Shown here piece by piece: positions 1 to 8,187 of a stretch of DNA of 64,000 nt (its first letter is position 1; every line of letters begins with the position of its first letter). The stretch covers positions 5,536,001-5,600,000 of the forward strand of contig CBDDPY010000002.1 of assembly GCA_965232515.1 (NCBI GenBank), in the 5' to 3' direction. Below the pieces are notes generated by a model. That model was not told the origin of the DNA, did no database searches, and saw only the letters and a list, made by a program, of their open reading frames with translations. The stretch comes from Alphaproteobacteria bacterium. Its GTDB lineage: Bacteria; Pseudomonadota; Alphaproteobacteria; GCA-2731375. A program made the position numbers and the translations under genes.

Positions 1-1
1 C

Positions 2-988
2 TGGCTCCAGCGCATGGCCGAAAGCCGCTCGCGCACGGCCATCGTCTCCGGCGGCCTCGAGCCGGTCAGCGACGGCGGCGGTGACGGCCATTCGGTATTC
101 GCCCGCAAGCTGATCGAGGCGCTGCGCGGCAACGACGACGTCATGGAGGCGCAGGGCCTGTTCGACCGCATCAAGGGCCAGGTCGTGGTCAACGCCGACC
201 AGACGCCGCGCTATTCCGACATCCGCCGCGCCGGTCACGAGGGCGGCGACTTCCTGTTCGTGCCGACGGCGATTACCGCCGTCGAAGAGGCGCCGCCCCC
301 GCCAACGGCGGCCGGCGGCGTCGACAGCGAGACCGCGGTCGAGCTCGCCTTCTGGGACGCCATCAAGGACAGCCAGGAGGCCGCCGACTACCAGGCCTAT
401 CTCGACGCCTATCCGAAGGGCCGCTTCGCCAGCCTCGCCCGCCTGCGCCAGCAGCGGTTCGCGGTCGCGGCCCGGCCGCCTGCGCCGCGACAGCCGTCGC
501 CGGCGCCCCAGCCTGCCCCGCAGGCCGCGCCCGCGCCGCCGACGATCCTCGCGCCGGCGCCCAGAACGAAGCCGGCGCTCAGGCCGGCGGAATCCGCGCC
601 GCCGCCAACGCCGGCGCCCGAGCCCGAACCTGAGACGAAGGTCGCCGTCGCACCCCTCGTGCCGAAGGCCGCCGTCGATCCGCGCCGCTTCGACGGCGAC
701 TGGCGCGGCGACACCGACATCTGCGGCCGCATCATCCGCGGCCTGAAAGAGCGGACGTTCCGCCTGGAATACACCGTCCGCGACGGCCGCATCGACGGCT
801 ACCTCTACGAAGAGGTGGTGTTCGGCGGCAGCGAACCGCACCGCATGCAGGCCGAATTGCCGGCCGACGGCACGGTCGAGATCGACTTCCCGCTGTTCCG
901 TTCGGTGCTGCGCTTCACCACCGACGCCGCCGGCAACCTCACCGCCCGCATCAACGACTGCCCCGTCCGCCTGCGCAAGCGCGGCTGA
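2..988 (+). CDS. Caspase-like (peptidase C14) domain protein, 5'-truncated by window edge, with Pro-rich linker
   Basis: Frame open from window start. SRTAIVSGGLEPVSDGGGDGHSVF...QTPRY...GHEGGDFLF resembles the C-terminal half of bacterial caspase domains, followed by the ELAFWDAIKDS...YLDAYPKGRF motif common in these proteins. Confidence 0.75.
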   Translation, partial: WLQRMAESRSRTAIVSGGLEPVSDGGGDGHSVFARKLIEALRGNDDVMEAQGLFDRIKGQVVVNADQTPRYSDIRRAGHEGGDFLFVPTAITAVEEAPPPPTAAGGVDSETAVELAFWDAIKDSQEAADYQAYLDAYPKGRFASLARLRQQRFAVAARPPAPRQPSPAPQPAPQAAPAPPTILAPAPRTKPALRPAESAPPPTPAPEPEPETKVAVAPLVPKAAVDPRRFDGDWRGDTDICGRIIRGLKERTFRLEYTVRDGRIDGYLYEEVVFGGSEPHRMQAELPADGTVEIDFPLFRSVLRFTTDAAGNLTARINDCPVRLRKRG

Positions 989-1011
989 CAAGGCGTCGTC
1001 CCTGGGGCCAC

Positions 1012-1041
1012 TGGATGCCCGGATCACGTCCGGGCATGACG
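1012..1041 (-). repeat. CGTC-type REP-like palindrome
   Basis: Reverse complement reads CGTCATGCCCGGACGTGATCCGGGCATCCA; lies between convergent genes. Confidence 0.75.
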
Positions 1042-1070
1042 GTTACGGTGTCGCTATCAACGAAAACTCG

Positions 1071-1727
1071 TTATTGCCGGGCGCGCCGCCGGTACCAGGC
1101 GAGGCCGGCGAGGCCGAGGCCGAACAGCGCGAAGCCGGCCGGCTCCGGCACCTTGGCGAACGACAGGTTGTCGGCCTGGAAAACTTCCCTGAAATCTGGG
1201 TTCAGATCTTCGCCTGCGAAGATGATCGTGCTGAACGCGGCGTCGCCCACCACGCCCAGGAAGCCGTCCCCTTCGCCGCCCAATTCAGAAAAGAAGCTGA
1301 CAGTCGCGTCGCCGGCGCCGTCGAAATCGCCAGTCACGGTCAGGCCGTTCAACGACGCCGTGCTGGTCCAGTCGGCGCCGAAGGCGAAAATCGGCATCGG
1401 AAAGTCCCAGGCGATGGTGTCGTAGGTGCCAGCATCGGGACTGCTCCCACGCACCGCTCCTAGATAAGCGCCGGGGAAGCCGACTTCGTTCAGGTCGGTC
1501 GCCGTTGCCGGCGTTCCGGTGCTGATTACGCCGCTGTCGAAGGTGATGCTGTCGGCGCCGGCGATGTCATTGTCGAACGGATCGTCGATAACAGGCCCGC
1601 CCAGCGGCGAGGCCGCCACCGCGGCTTCCCACGAGTTGCGGTCGGTGAAGATCTGAAAGGCGTGGGCGCTCGCCGTCATCGCGAACACGGCAATGCCGAC
1701 AAGACCGGCGACAAGCGATTTGATCAC
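1071..1727 (-). CDS. PEP-CTERM sorting domain protein
   Basis: GTG start after a GGGGGA RBS, signal peptide, and C-terminal VPEP + hydrophobic helix + RRRAR. Confidence 0.9.
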   Translation of the reverse strand: MIKSLVAGLVGIAVFAMTASAHAFQIFTDRNSWEAAVAASPLGGPVIDDPFDNDIAGADSITFDSGVISTGTPATATDLNEVGFPGAYLGAVRGSSPDAGTYDTIAWDFPMPIFAFGADWTSTASLNGLTVTGDFDGAGDATVSFFSELGGEGDGFLGVVGDAAFSTIIFAGEDLNPDFREVFQADNLSFAKVPEPAGFALFGLGLAGLAWYRRRARQ

Positions 1728-1872
1728 GGAAGTCCCCCTGCGTTTGGCGTCCGCCGCGCCGCGCCAACCGCGCGCGCAACCGGACAAGACGCGCATTTAA
1801 CCTTAAGCGATTATCGCGTCAGAAAGTAGAATCAACGATTTCAGTGGTTTGGCCGATTAGCATCGGCGCATT

Positions 1873-1889
1873 TGTGGCAATCACCGACA
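1873..1889. promoter_or_regulatory. Possible TGT-N11-ACA enhancer site upstream of PEP-CTERM gene
   Basis: TGTGGCAATCACCGACA; no convincing sigma54 -24/-12 box found. Confidence 0.3.
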
Positions 1890-1997
1890 CTGCCGTGCGC
1901 GAAAGCCGGCGAGTTCTCGGCTAAGCGCTCGATTACAATGAAAAACCGACGCCCGTTCAGTCGTTAAGGATTTCGACGCCGCGTTCGATGCGGCGCC

Positions 1998-2765
1998 TCA
2001 CCAGGCCGTGTAGCCGCCATCGAGCAGCAGGTCGGCGCCGGTCATGAAACTGGCGTCGTCGCTCGCCAGGAACACGGCGCCGCGGGCGATCTCGTCCGGC
2101 TGGCCGAGCCGGCCCATGGGGTGCTTCGGGCCCCAGATGCGTTCCGCCGCGTCCAGGTCGCCGAAGCGTTTCGCCAGCCGCCCCGTGGCGATGCCGCCCG
2201 GCGACAGCGTGTTGACGCGGATCTTGTCGTCGGCGTGGTCCAGCGCCATGCCCTTGGCGAGCTGCACCAGCGCGCCCTTGGTCGTGCAGTAGGCGGCCTG
2301 GCCGGCGTTGGCCACGCGCGCCATCTGCGAGGCCATCAGGATGATGCTGCCGCCGCCGGCGGCGCGCAGGTGGGGAATCGCGTATTTGCAGATGTGAAAG
2401 GCTCCGGTCAGGTTGACGTTCAGGGCCTGTTGCCAGTCATGCTCCGTCATGTCGGCGATGGTGGTGATCGGCGAGAACACCGCAGCGTTGCAGACCACGA
2501 TATCGAGTCCGTCGAAAGCGTCGACCGCCGCCGCTACCGCCTGCTGTGCTGAAACGCTGTCGGCGACGTCGCAACGCTGCGCCGCCGCCCGCCCGCCGCC
2601 GGCGCCGTTTATCTCGGCCGCGACGGCCTCGGCATCGTCGACGGCGATATCCGCGCACAGCACATCGGCCCCCTCCGCCGCGAAGGCCAATGCGATCGCC
2701 CGCCCGATGCCATTGCCCGCGCCCGTGACAATGGCGCTGCGGCCGTCCAACTTGCCTGTCGTCAT
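1998..2765 (-). CDS. SDR family oxidoreductase
   Basis: TGAGNGIG Rossmann motif, NAA, YCTTK catalytic motif, DGGY C-terminus. Confidence 0.95.
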   Translation of the reverse strand: MTTGKLDGRSAIVTGAGNGIGRAIALAFAAEGADVLCADIAVDDAEAVAAEINGAGGGRAAAQRCDVADSVSAQQAVAAAVDAFDGLDIVVCNAAVFSPITTIADMTEHDWQQALNVNLTGAFHICKYAIPHLRAAGGGSIILMASQMARVANAGQAAYCTTKGALVQLAKGMALDHADDKIRVNTLSPGGIATGRLAKRFGDLDAAERIWGPKHPMGRLGQPDEIARGAVFLASDDASFMTGADLLLDGGYTAW

Positions 2766-2869
2766 TCCAAGCTCTCCCAATCTTGGCCCCGATTGTAGGT
2801 CGCGCGGTCTCGGTTGGCATCCGTCGATACGCATTGACCCGTCGGCGCGCGCCGCTTAGACGTAGCGCC

Positions 2870-4480
2870 ATGGCCAGTGCAGCGGATCTCATTGCCCGCC
2901 GGCTCTATGACGCCGGCTGCCGCCACGCCTTCGGGATTCCCGGCGGCGAGGTGCTCACCCTCATCGACGCGCTCAATCGTGCCGGCATCGAGTTCGTGCT
3001 GACCAAGCACGAGAACGGCGCCGGCTTCATGGCGGAAGGCACCTATCACATGACCGGCGCGCCGGGCATCCTGGTCGCCACCATTGGTCCGGGCGCCGCG
3101 AACGCGGTCAACGTGGTCGCCAACGCCGAGCAGGACCGGGTGCCGCTGATCGTGCTGACGGGCTGTGTCGACGCTGCTGAAGCGCTGACCTACACGCACC
3201 AGGTCTTCGACCACGGCGCCATGTTCGGGCCGATCAGCAAGGCTACGTTCAAGGTCGCCGACGGTGCTGCCGACGTGCTGGCCGACAAGGCCGTCGCCAT
3301 CGCGCTCGACGACCGGCCGGGCCCGGTGCATATCGACGTGCCGATCTCGCTCGCCGGCCAGGAGCAGGCCGAGACGCCGTCGTCCCGCCGCGCGCCGACC
3401 GCGCCGGCTGCGCCCGCCGAGGGGCCCGAGCTGGACCGGGCGCGCCAATGGCTGGCGGCGGCCGAGCGGCCGATCATGATCGCCGGCCTTGATGTCATGA
3501 ACCATGACGCCGTCGCCGATGTAACGGGCCTCGCGGAAGACTTCGGCATCCCGCTCATCACCACCTACAAGGCGAAGGGCGTGCTGCCGGAGGATCATCC
3601 GCTGGCCTTGGGCGGCGCCGGCCTGTCGCCGGTCGCCGACCGCGAGCTGCTGCCGCTGATCGGCGAGGCCGACCTCATTCTGCTGGCCGGCTACGACCCC
3701 ATCGAGATGCGCACCGGCTGGCGCCACGTCTGGGACGCAAGCCAGCAGAACGTCGTCGAATTCGCGGCCGCGCCCAACACCCACTACATGCACCAGGCCA
3801 CGGTCAGCTTCGTCGGCCATGTCGGCGCCGGCCTCAAGTGTCTGCGCAACGGCGCCGCGCCGCGCCAGACCTGGCCCGACGGCGCGCCGGCCCGCGTCAA
3901 GGAAGCCGTGCAGGCTGCCTACGGCCCGAACGAAGCCTGGGGTCCGACCGCGGTGGTCAAGACCGTGCGCGCGAACCTGCCGCGCGACGGCGTGGCGACG
4001 GTTGACAGCGGCGCGCATCGCATCCTGCAGAGCCAGGTCTGGGAAGCCTACGAGCCGCGTACGCTCTTGCAGTCGACCGGCCTCTGCACCATGGGCTGCG
4101 CCCTGCCGCTCGCCATCGGCGCCAAGGTCGCCGCGCCCGAGCGCGCCGTGGTGGCGTTTACCGGCGATGCCGGCCTGGAGATGATCCTGGGCGAGCTGGC
4201 GACCCTGCGCGACTTGAGGCTACCGCTCGCGGTCGTGGTCTTCGTCGACGCCTCGCTGGCGCTGATCGAGATGAAGCAGCGCGGCGTCGGCCTCGGCAAT
4301 CTCGGCGTCGATTTCGGCGAAACGGACTTCGCCGCCGTCGGCCAGGCCATGGGCGGCTACGGCGTCACCGTCGAGAGCCGCGAGGCACTGGCCGAGGCCA
4401 TGCAGACCTCGCTCGCCGCCGACCGCTTCACCGTCATCGCCTGCCGCATCGGCGCGGCCGCCTACGACGGCCGGATTTGA
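2870..4480 (+). CDS. Thiamine pyrophosphate-binding enzyme (acetolactate synthase-like)
   Basis: FGIPGG, KHENGAGFMAEG, GPGAAN, TMGCALP and GDAG TPP-binding motif. Confidence 0.92.
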   Translation: MASAADLIARRLYDAGCRHAFGIPGGEVLTLIDALNRAGIEFVLTKHENGAGFMAEGTYHMTGAPGILVATIGPGAANAVNVVANAEQDRVPLIVLTGCVDAAEALTYTHQVFDHGAMFGPISKATFKVADGAADVLADKAVAIALDDRPGPVHIDVPISLAGQEQAETPSSRRAPTAPAAPAEGPELDRARQWLAAAERPIMIAGLDVMNHDAVADVTGLAEDFGIPLITTYKAKGVLPEDHPLALGGAGLSPVADRELLPLIGEADLILLAGYDPIEMRTGWRHVWDASQQNVVEFAAAPNTHYMHQATVSFVGHVGAGLKCLRNGAAPRQTWPDGAPARVKEAVQAAYGPNEAWGPTAVVKTVRANLPRDGVATVDSGAHRILQSQVWEAYEPRTLLQSTGLCTMGCALPLAIGAKVAAPERAVVAFTGDAGLEMILGELATLRDLRLPLAVVVFVDASLALIEMKQRGVGLGNLGVDFGETDFAAVGQAMGGYGVTVESREALAEAMQTSLAADRFTVIACRIGAAAYDGRI

Positions 4481-4522
4481 TAGGCCGAGAGGGCCGTTTC
4501 CGAATTTGAGTGAGGCGCATTA

Positions 4523-4602
4523 GGCCGCGACTGCGGCCCGCCGGCTTATCCGGCGCGCCCGCGCAGGCGCGGACCGTCAGGTCCGCTGCCGTGAGCGCAA
4601 AA
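4523..4602. repeat. 80-bp multi-hairpin dispersed repeat, copy 1
   Basis: Identical to 16711-16790; variants at 25963 and 30322. Confidence 0.95.
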
Positions 4603-6315
4603 CTAAGTCGCGGGATGGGCGTGCGGGCGTGGGTCGAGCGGGCTGCGCACGATCGCCCCGCCGCGCCGCCGCAGGCGGCTGGCGGCGAGCTCGCCGGCCT
4701 GGTCCAGGATCGGATAGGCCACGGCCGTCAGGTGCGAGTTGATGCGCTTCAGGTCGCGCAGGATGTCGAGATGCAAGGCACTGGTCTCGATGCTCGCGGT
4801 CTGGCCCGAGCGCAGGCGGGCGAGATGGTTCTCGGCGGCCTGCCGTTCCAGGTCGCGGAAGCGTTCCTTCGCGGTCAGCAGGTCGCGCGCGGCCGCCACC
4901 TCGCCCGTCAGGAACACACTCAAGGACAGCTTCAGCGTCGCCATCACCCGGTGGTGCAGGTCGACCAGCTCGCACAGGCCCTCATCCGAGAACTGATAGC
5001 GGTTGCGGATCTTCTTCCGCGCCAGCTCCATCAGGTTCTTGTCGATGATGTCGCCGACATGCTCCAGGTTGGTGGCGAAGGTGATGATGTCGATGCAGCG
5101 GTCGCTGTCCTGGCCGTTCAGCGGCTCGCGCGAGAACTCGGTCAGATAGAGCTTGATCGACTCGTGCAGCGCGTCGACCTGGTCGTCCATGGCCTCGACC
5201 TCGGCCTTCAGCTTCTTGTCGTCGGCTTGGAACACCTCGATGGTCTGCGCCAGCATGTTCTCGACCAGGTCTGCGAGCCGCAGCGTTTCGCGCGTGGCGC
5301 CGGCCAGCGCCAGGTTCGGACTGTCGAGCGCTGATGTGTCCAGGTGCCGCGGCTGGCCCTCGTCGTCGGCCGCCGCCGGCGCCGGCAGCAGGCGCTCGGT
5401 CAGCCGCGCCACCGGTCCGGTCAGACCGAGGAAGACGACGGTCAGCAGCAGGTTGAAGCCGAGATGCGCGTTCGCCACCTGCCGGATCGGCTCGGTCCCG
5501 AATTCCGCGAGGTGCGGCGTCACAAAGGGCAGCAGCGGCAGCAGGACAACCGCGCCCGTCACCCGGAACAGCAGGTTGCCCAGCGGCACGCGCCGGGCCT
5601 GCGGCGGCTCGTTCAGCGTTACCATCAGCGCCGGTAGGGCCGCGCCGGCATTGGCGCCCAGCACCAGGACAAAGGCGAGATCGAGCGGTATGGCGCCGGT
5701 CGCCGCCAGTGAGGCGATCAGCAGCACGATGGCCAGGCTGGAATGGGCGAGCCAGGTGAGCGCGGCGGCCAGCAGGAAGGCCAGCAGCGGTTCGCTCGCC
5801 AGCGCCACGAACAACGCGTGCAGCAGATCGCTGTCGTTGATCGGCATGGCCGCGCCGCGGATCAGATGCAGGGCCAGCAGCATCAGGCCGAGGCCGATGG
5901 CGATGCGGCCGAAATGTCGGACCCGCGGCGTGTCGCTCGCCATGAAGCAGGCGACGCCCAGGAACAGCAGCACCGGGAAAGCGGCGGTCACGTCGAGCGT
6001 GAACACTTGCGCCACCAGGCTGGAGCCGACATCGGCGCCAAGCATGAGCGCGAGCGCCGGCGCCACGGCAATCAGTTCGCGGCCGGCGAACGACGTCGTC
6101 AGCGTCGCCGTCGCGGTCGCGCTCTGCAGCAGCGCGGTGACGCCGAGGCCCGTCAGCCAGGCCGTGAACCGGTTGCGCGTGCTGGCGGCCAGCAATCGGC
6201 GCAGGTCGGCCCCATAGGCGCGCAAAACGCCCGTGCGCACCATGCGCGTGCCCCAGATCAGCAGCGCCACGCCGCCAAGAACGTTGAGCAACAATTCCGT
6301 ACCGGACAACGCCAT
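4603..6315 (-). CDS. Na/Pi cotransporter family protein with PhoU-like C-terminal domains
   Basis: LLQSATAT, GADVGS, HSSLA and GANAG repeats; NLEHVGDII and RDLKRINSH PhoU-like motifs. Confidence 0.93.
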   Translation of the reverse strand: MALSGTELLLNVLGGVALLIWGTRMVRTGVLRAYGADLRRLLAASTRNRFTAWLTGLGVTALLQSATATATLTTSFAGRELIAVAPALALMLGADVGSSLVAQVFTLDVTAAFPVLLFLGVACFMASDTPRVRHFGRIAIGLGLMLLALHLIRGAAMPINDSDLLHALFVALASEPLLAFLLAAALTWLAHSSLAIVLLIASLAATGAIPLDLAFVLVLGANAGAALPALMVTLNEPPQARRVPLGNLLFRVTGAVVLLPLLPFVTPHLAEFGTEPIRQVANAHLGFNLLLTVVFLGLTGPVARLTERLLPAPAAADDEGQPRHLDTSALDSPNLALAGATRETLRLADLVENMLAQTIEVFQADDKKLKAEVEAMDDQVDALHESIKLYLTEFSREPLNGQDSDRCIDIITFATNLEHVGDIIDKNLMELARKKIRNRYQFSDEGLCELVDLHHRVMATLKLSLSVFLTGEVAAARDLLTAKERFRDLERQAAENHLARLRSGQTASIETSALHLDILRDLKRINSHLTAVAYPILDQAGELAASRLRRRGGAIVRSPLDPRPHAHPAT

Positions 6316-6373
6316 TACCCCCTCAAGCCTGCCGGCATGCCGCATTGGCCATACCGTGGTCCCCAGGTGAATG

Positions 6374-6391
6374 TTGTCGTAAAACTGTAAT
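6374..6391 (+). promoter_or_regulatory. Putative Pho box (PhoB site)
   Basis: TTGTCGT-AAAA-CTGTAAT closely matches CTGTCAT-A(A/T)A(T/A)-CTGT(C/A)A(C/T) and lies next to a phosphate transporter gene. Confidence 0.65.
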
Positions 6392-6495
6392 AAAAAATTA
6401 ACATTAACAGATTCCTGCCGTGAACGCTCGGACGCGACGCTAGCAAACGGGATTGTGAAGGCTTGTGCGGTGCCTCACATCGTAGGCTTCCGGCG

Positions 6496-8094
6496 ATGCG
6501 CGCGAGATGCCCGGGCCCGATCGTTGTGGCGTTTGCTTCGCTGATCACGACGGCGACGCAGGCTGAGACCAGGCTGGAGGTGCTGGCCCGGGTCGGGCCC
6601 TGGCCGGTCGTGTCGCAACTGATCGGCTATGACGGCCGGGTCTGGTTCGCCAACAGCGTCAAGGGTCGCAACCACAACTCCGCCGATATCTACAGCTACG
6701 GTCCGCCGGGCGGCGAGCTTCGCTACGAGCGGCATCTGTTCAGCCAGGACGCCGGCAAGCCCGTGGTCGCCGACGGCCTGCTGTACTGGCCGTTCGAGGA
6801 TTCCCGATTCAGCCTCGGCTGGGGCCATTTCATGGTCACCAACGGCCGCGACTGGCGCTACGGCGCGATTCCCACGGCGCTCTCGTTCCACACCCATGCC
6901 ATGGCCGCCGCCGGCGGCCGTCTGGTCGCGGCGACCTCGGCCTGGCGCGCCGGCCTGCAGGTCTCCGACGATGCCGGGACGACCTGGCGCCAAGTTTACG
7001 ACCACCCGACCGCCAACCGCCGCCTCAGCCGCATTTATGAGATGGCGGCGCTCGGTTCTGTTCTGTTCGCGCCGCTCGTCGACCGCAGCAGCAGTCCACC
7101 GGTTCGACGACTGCTTCGGTTTGCGAGCGACGACGTGGGTGACGTACCCGGATGGCCCGTGCAGCGGATCGTCCTCGGCATGGCGTCGTTCGACGCTTGG
7201 CTCTACGCCGCGATTTGGGACGACGACGGGGCCGCGATCTGGCGCACCGACGGTCGAATGAGCGAACGGATCACAGAACCGCGGGCTGGCTGGCGCGTGC
7301 GGGATCTGGCTGCCGGTCCGGACGGTCTCTGGGTGCTCGAGGCCGCTGGCAATGGCGGCCGTCTGTGGTTCAGCGCCGACGGCCGGACTTGGCGGATCAG
7401 CCGGACGATCGACGGCGGCCAGCCGCAGGACCTGCTGGTCTATGGCGGCGCGGCTTACGTCGGGGGCGCCGGCGATGACGGGCAGGGAATACTGTGGGGC
7501 GACGCCGCACCACTGGCCGTTCCAGCGGCGGCGCTAAAACCGTTGCCGCCGATACCGGCCGGACGGCCGCGCGACTGGCCGGCGCTGGCGGCGGAACTGG
7601 ATGCCTTGTTGGCCCGGCCAGACAGCTACGATCGCCACGGCCGCGTACTGCGCGACGCGCTCTATCGGGCCGTCATCTCATCGCCGCCGCCGGGCTGGCT
7701 GGCGGCGCGCCTCAGCGCCGCGATGCCGGACCGGCGGCTGTCGCTGATCGGCGGCGCGGTCACGGTGCCCGCGCACAAGCTCGGCCAGTGGGCCGTGCTC
7801 TGGGCCATGGCGCTCGCCCGCCAGGGATCTGTGCCGGTCGATCTGATCGCCGCTCCCTGGACCGCGCCCGACAACGGCAGCGAAAAGTATTTCGAGCCCG
7901 CGCCGGCGGCGATCTGGGCCGCCGCCATGGCCGGTCAGGACGATCCCGACACGATCGCGTCCCTGATCGACCGCCTGGACCGTCCGGGCGATCCGCTCTG
8001 GCTGCGCGGCGACGTCGTCGGCGCGCTCACCGCACTCACCGGTCAACGTTTCGGCTACGACATCGCCGCCTGGCGACGGTGGCAAACACGCTGA
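6496..8094 (+). CDS. Secreted beta-propeller (BNR/Asp-box) protein with helical C-terminal domain
   Basis: Signal-like N-terminus, Asp-box motifs SDDAGTTW and SADGRTW, HEAT-like C-terminus (ALTALTGQRFG). Confidence 0.6.
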   Translation: MRARCPGPIVVAFASLITTATQAETRLEVLARVGPWPVVSQLIGYDGRVWFANSVKGRNHNSADIYSYGPPGGELRYERHLFSQDAGKPVVADGLLYWPFEDSRFSLGWGHFMVTNGRDWRYGAIPTALSFHTHAMAAAGGRLVAATSAWRAGLQVSDDAGTTWRQVYDHPTANRRLSRIYEMAALGSVLFAPLVDRSSSPPVRRLLRFASDDVGDVPGWPVQRIVLGMASFDAWLYAAIWDDDGAAIWRTDGRMSERITEPRAGWRVRDLAAGPDGLWVLEAAGNGGRLWFSADGRTWRISRTIDGGQPQDLLVYGGAAYVGGAGDDGQGILWGDAAPLAVPAAALKPLPPIPAGRPRDWPALAAELDALLARPDSYDRHGRVLRDALYRAVISSPPPGWLAARLSAAMPDRRLSLIGGAVTVPAHKLGQWAVLWAMALARQGSVPVDLIAAPWTAPDNGSEKYFEPAPAAIWAAAMAGQDDPDTIASLIDRLDRPGDPLWLRGDVVGALTALTGQRFGYDIAAWRRWQTR

Positions 8095-8187
8095 AACATG
8101 CCGTCTTCACGCCGCCAAGGCGTTGATCCTAAGATGTGGCCATAACAACGGCCGATTCGGCCGCAGAACACGAACGGGGGGCAGCTT

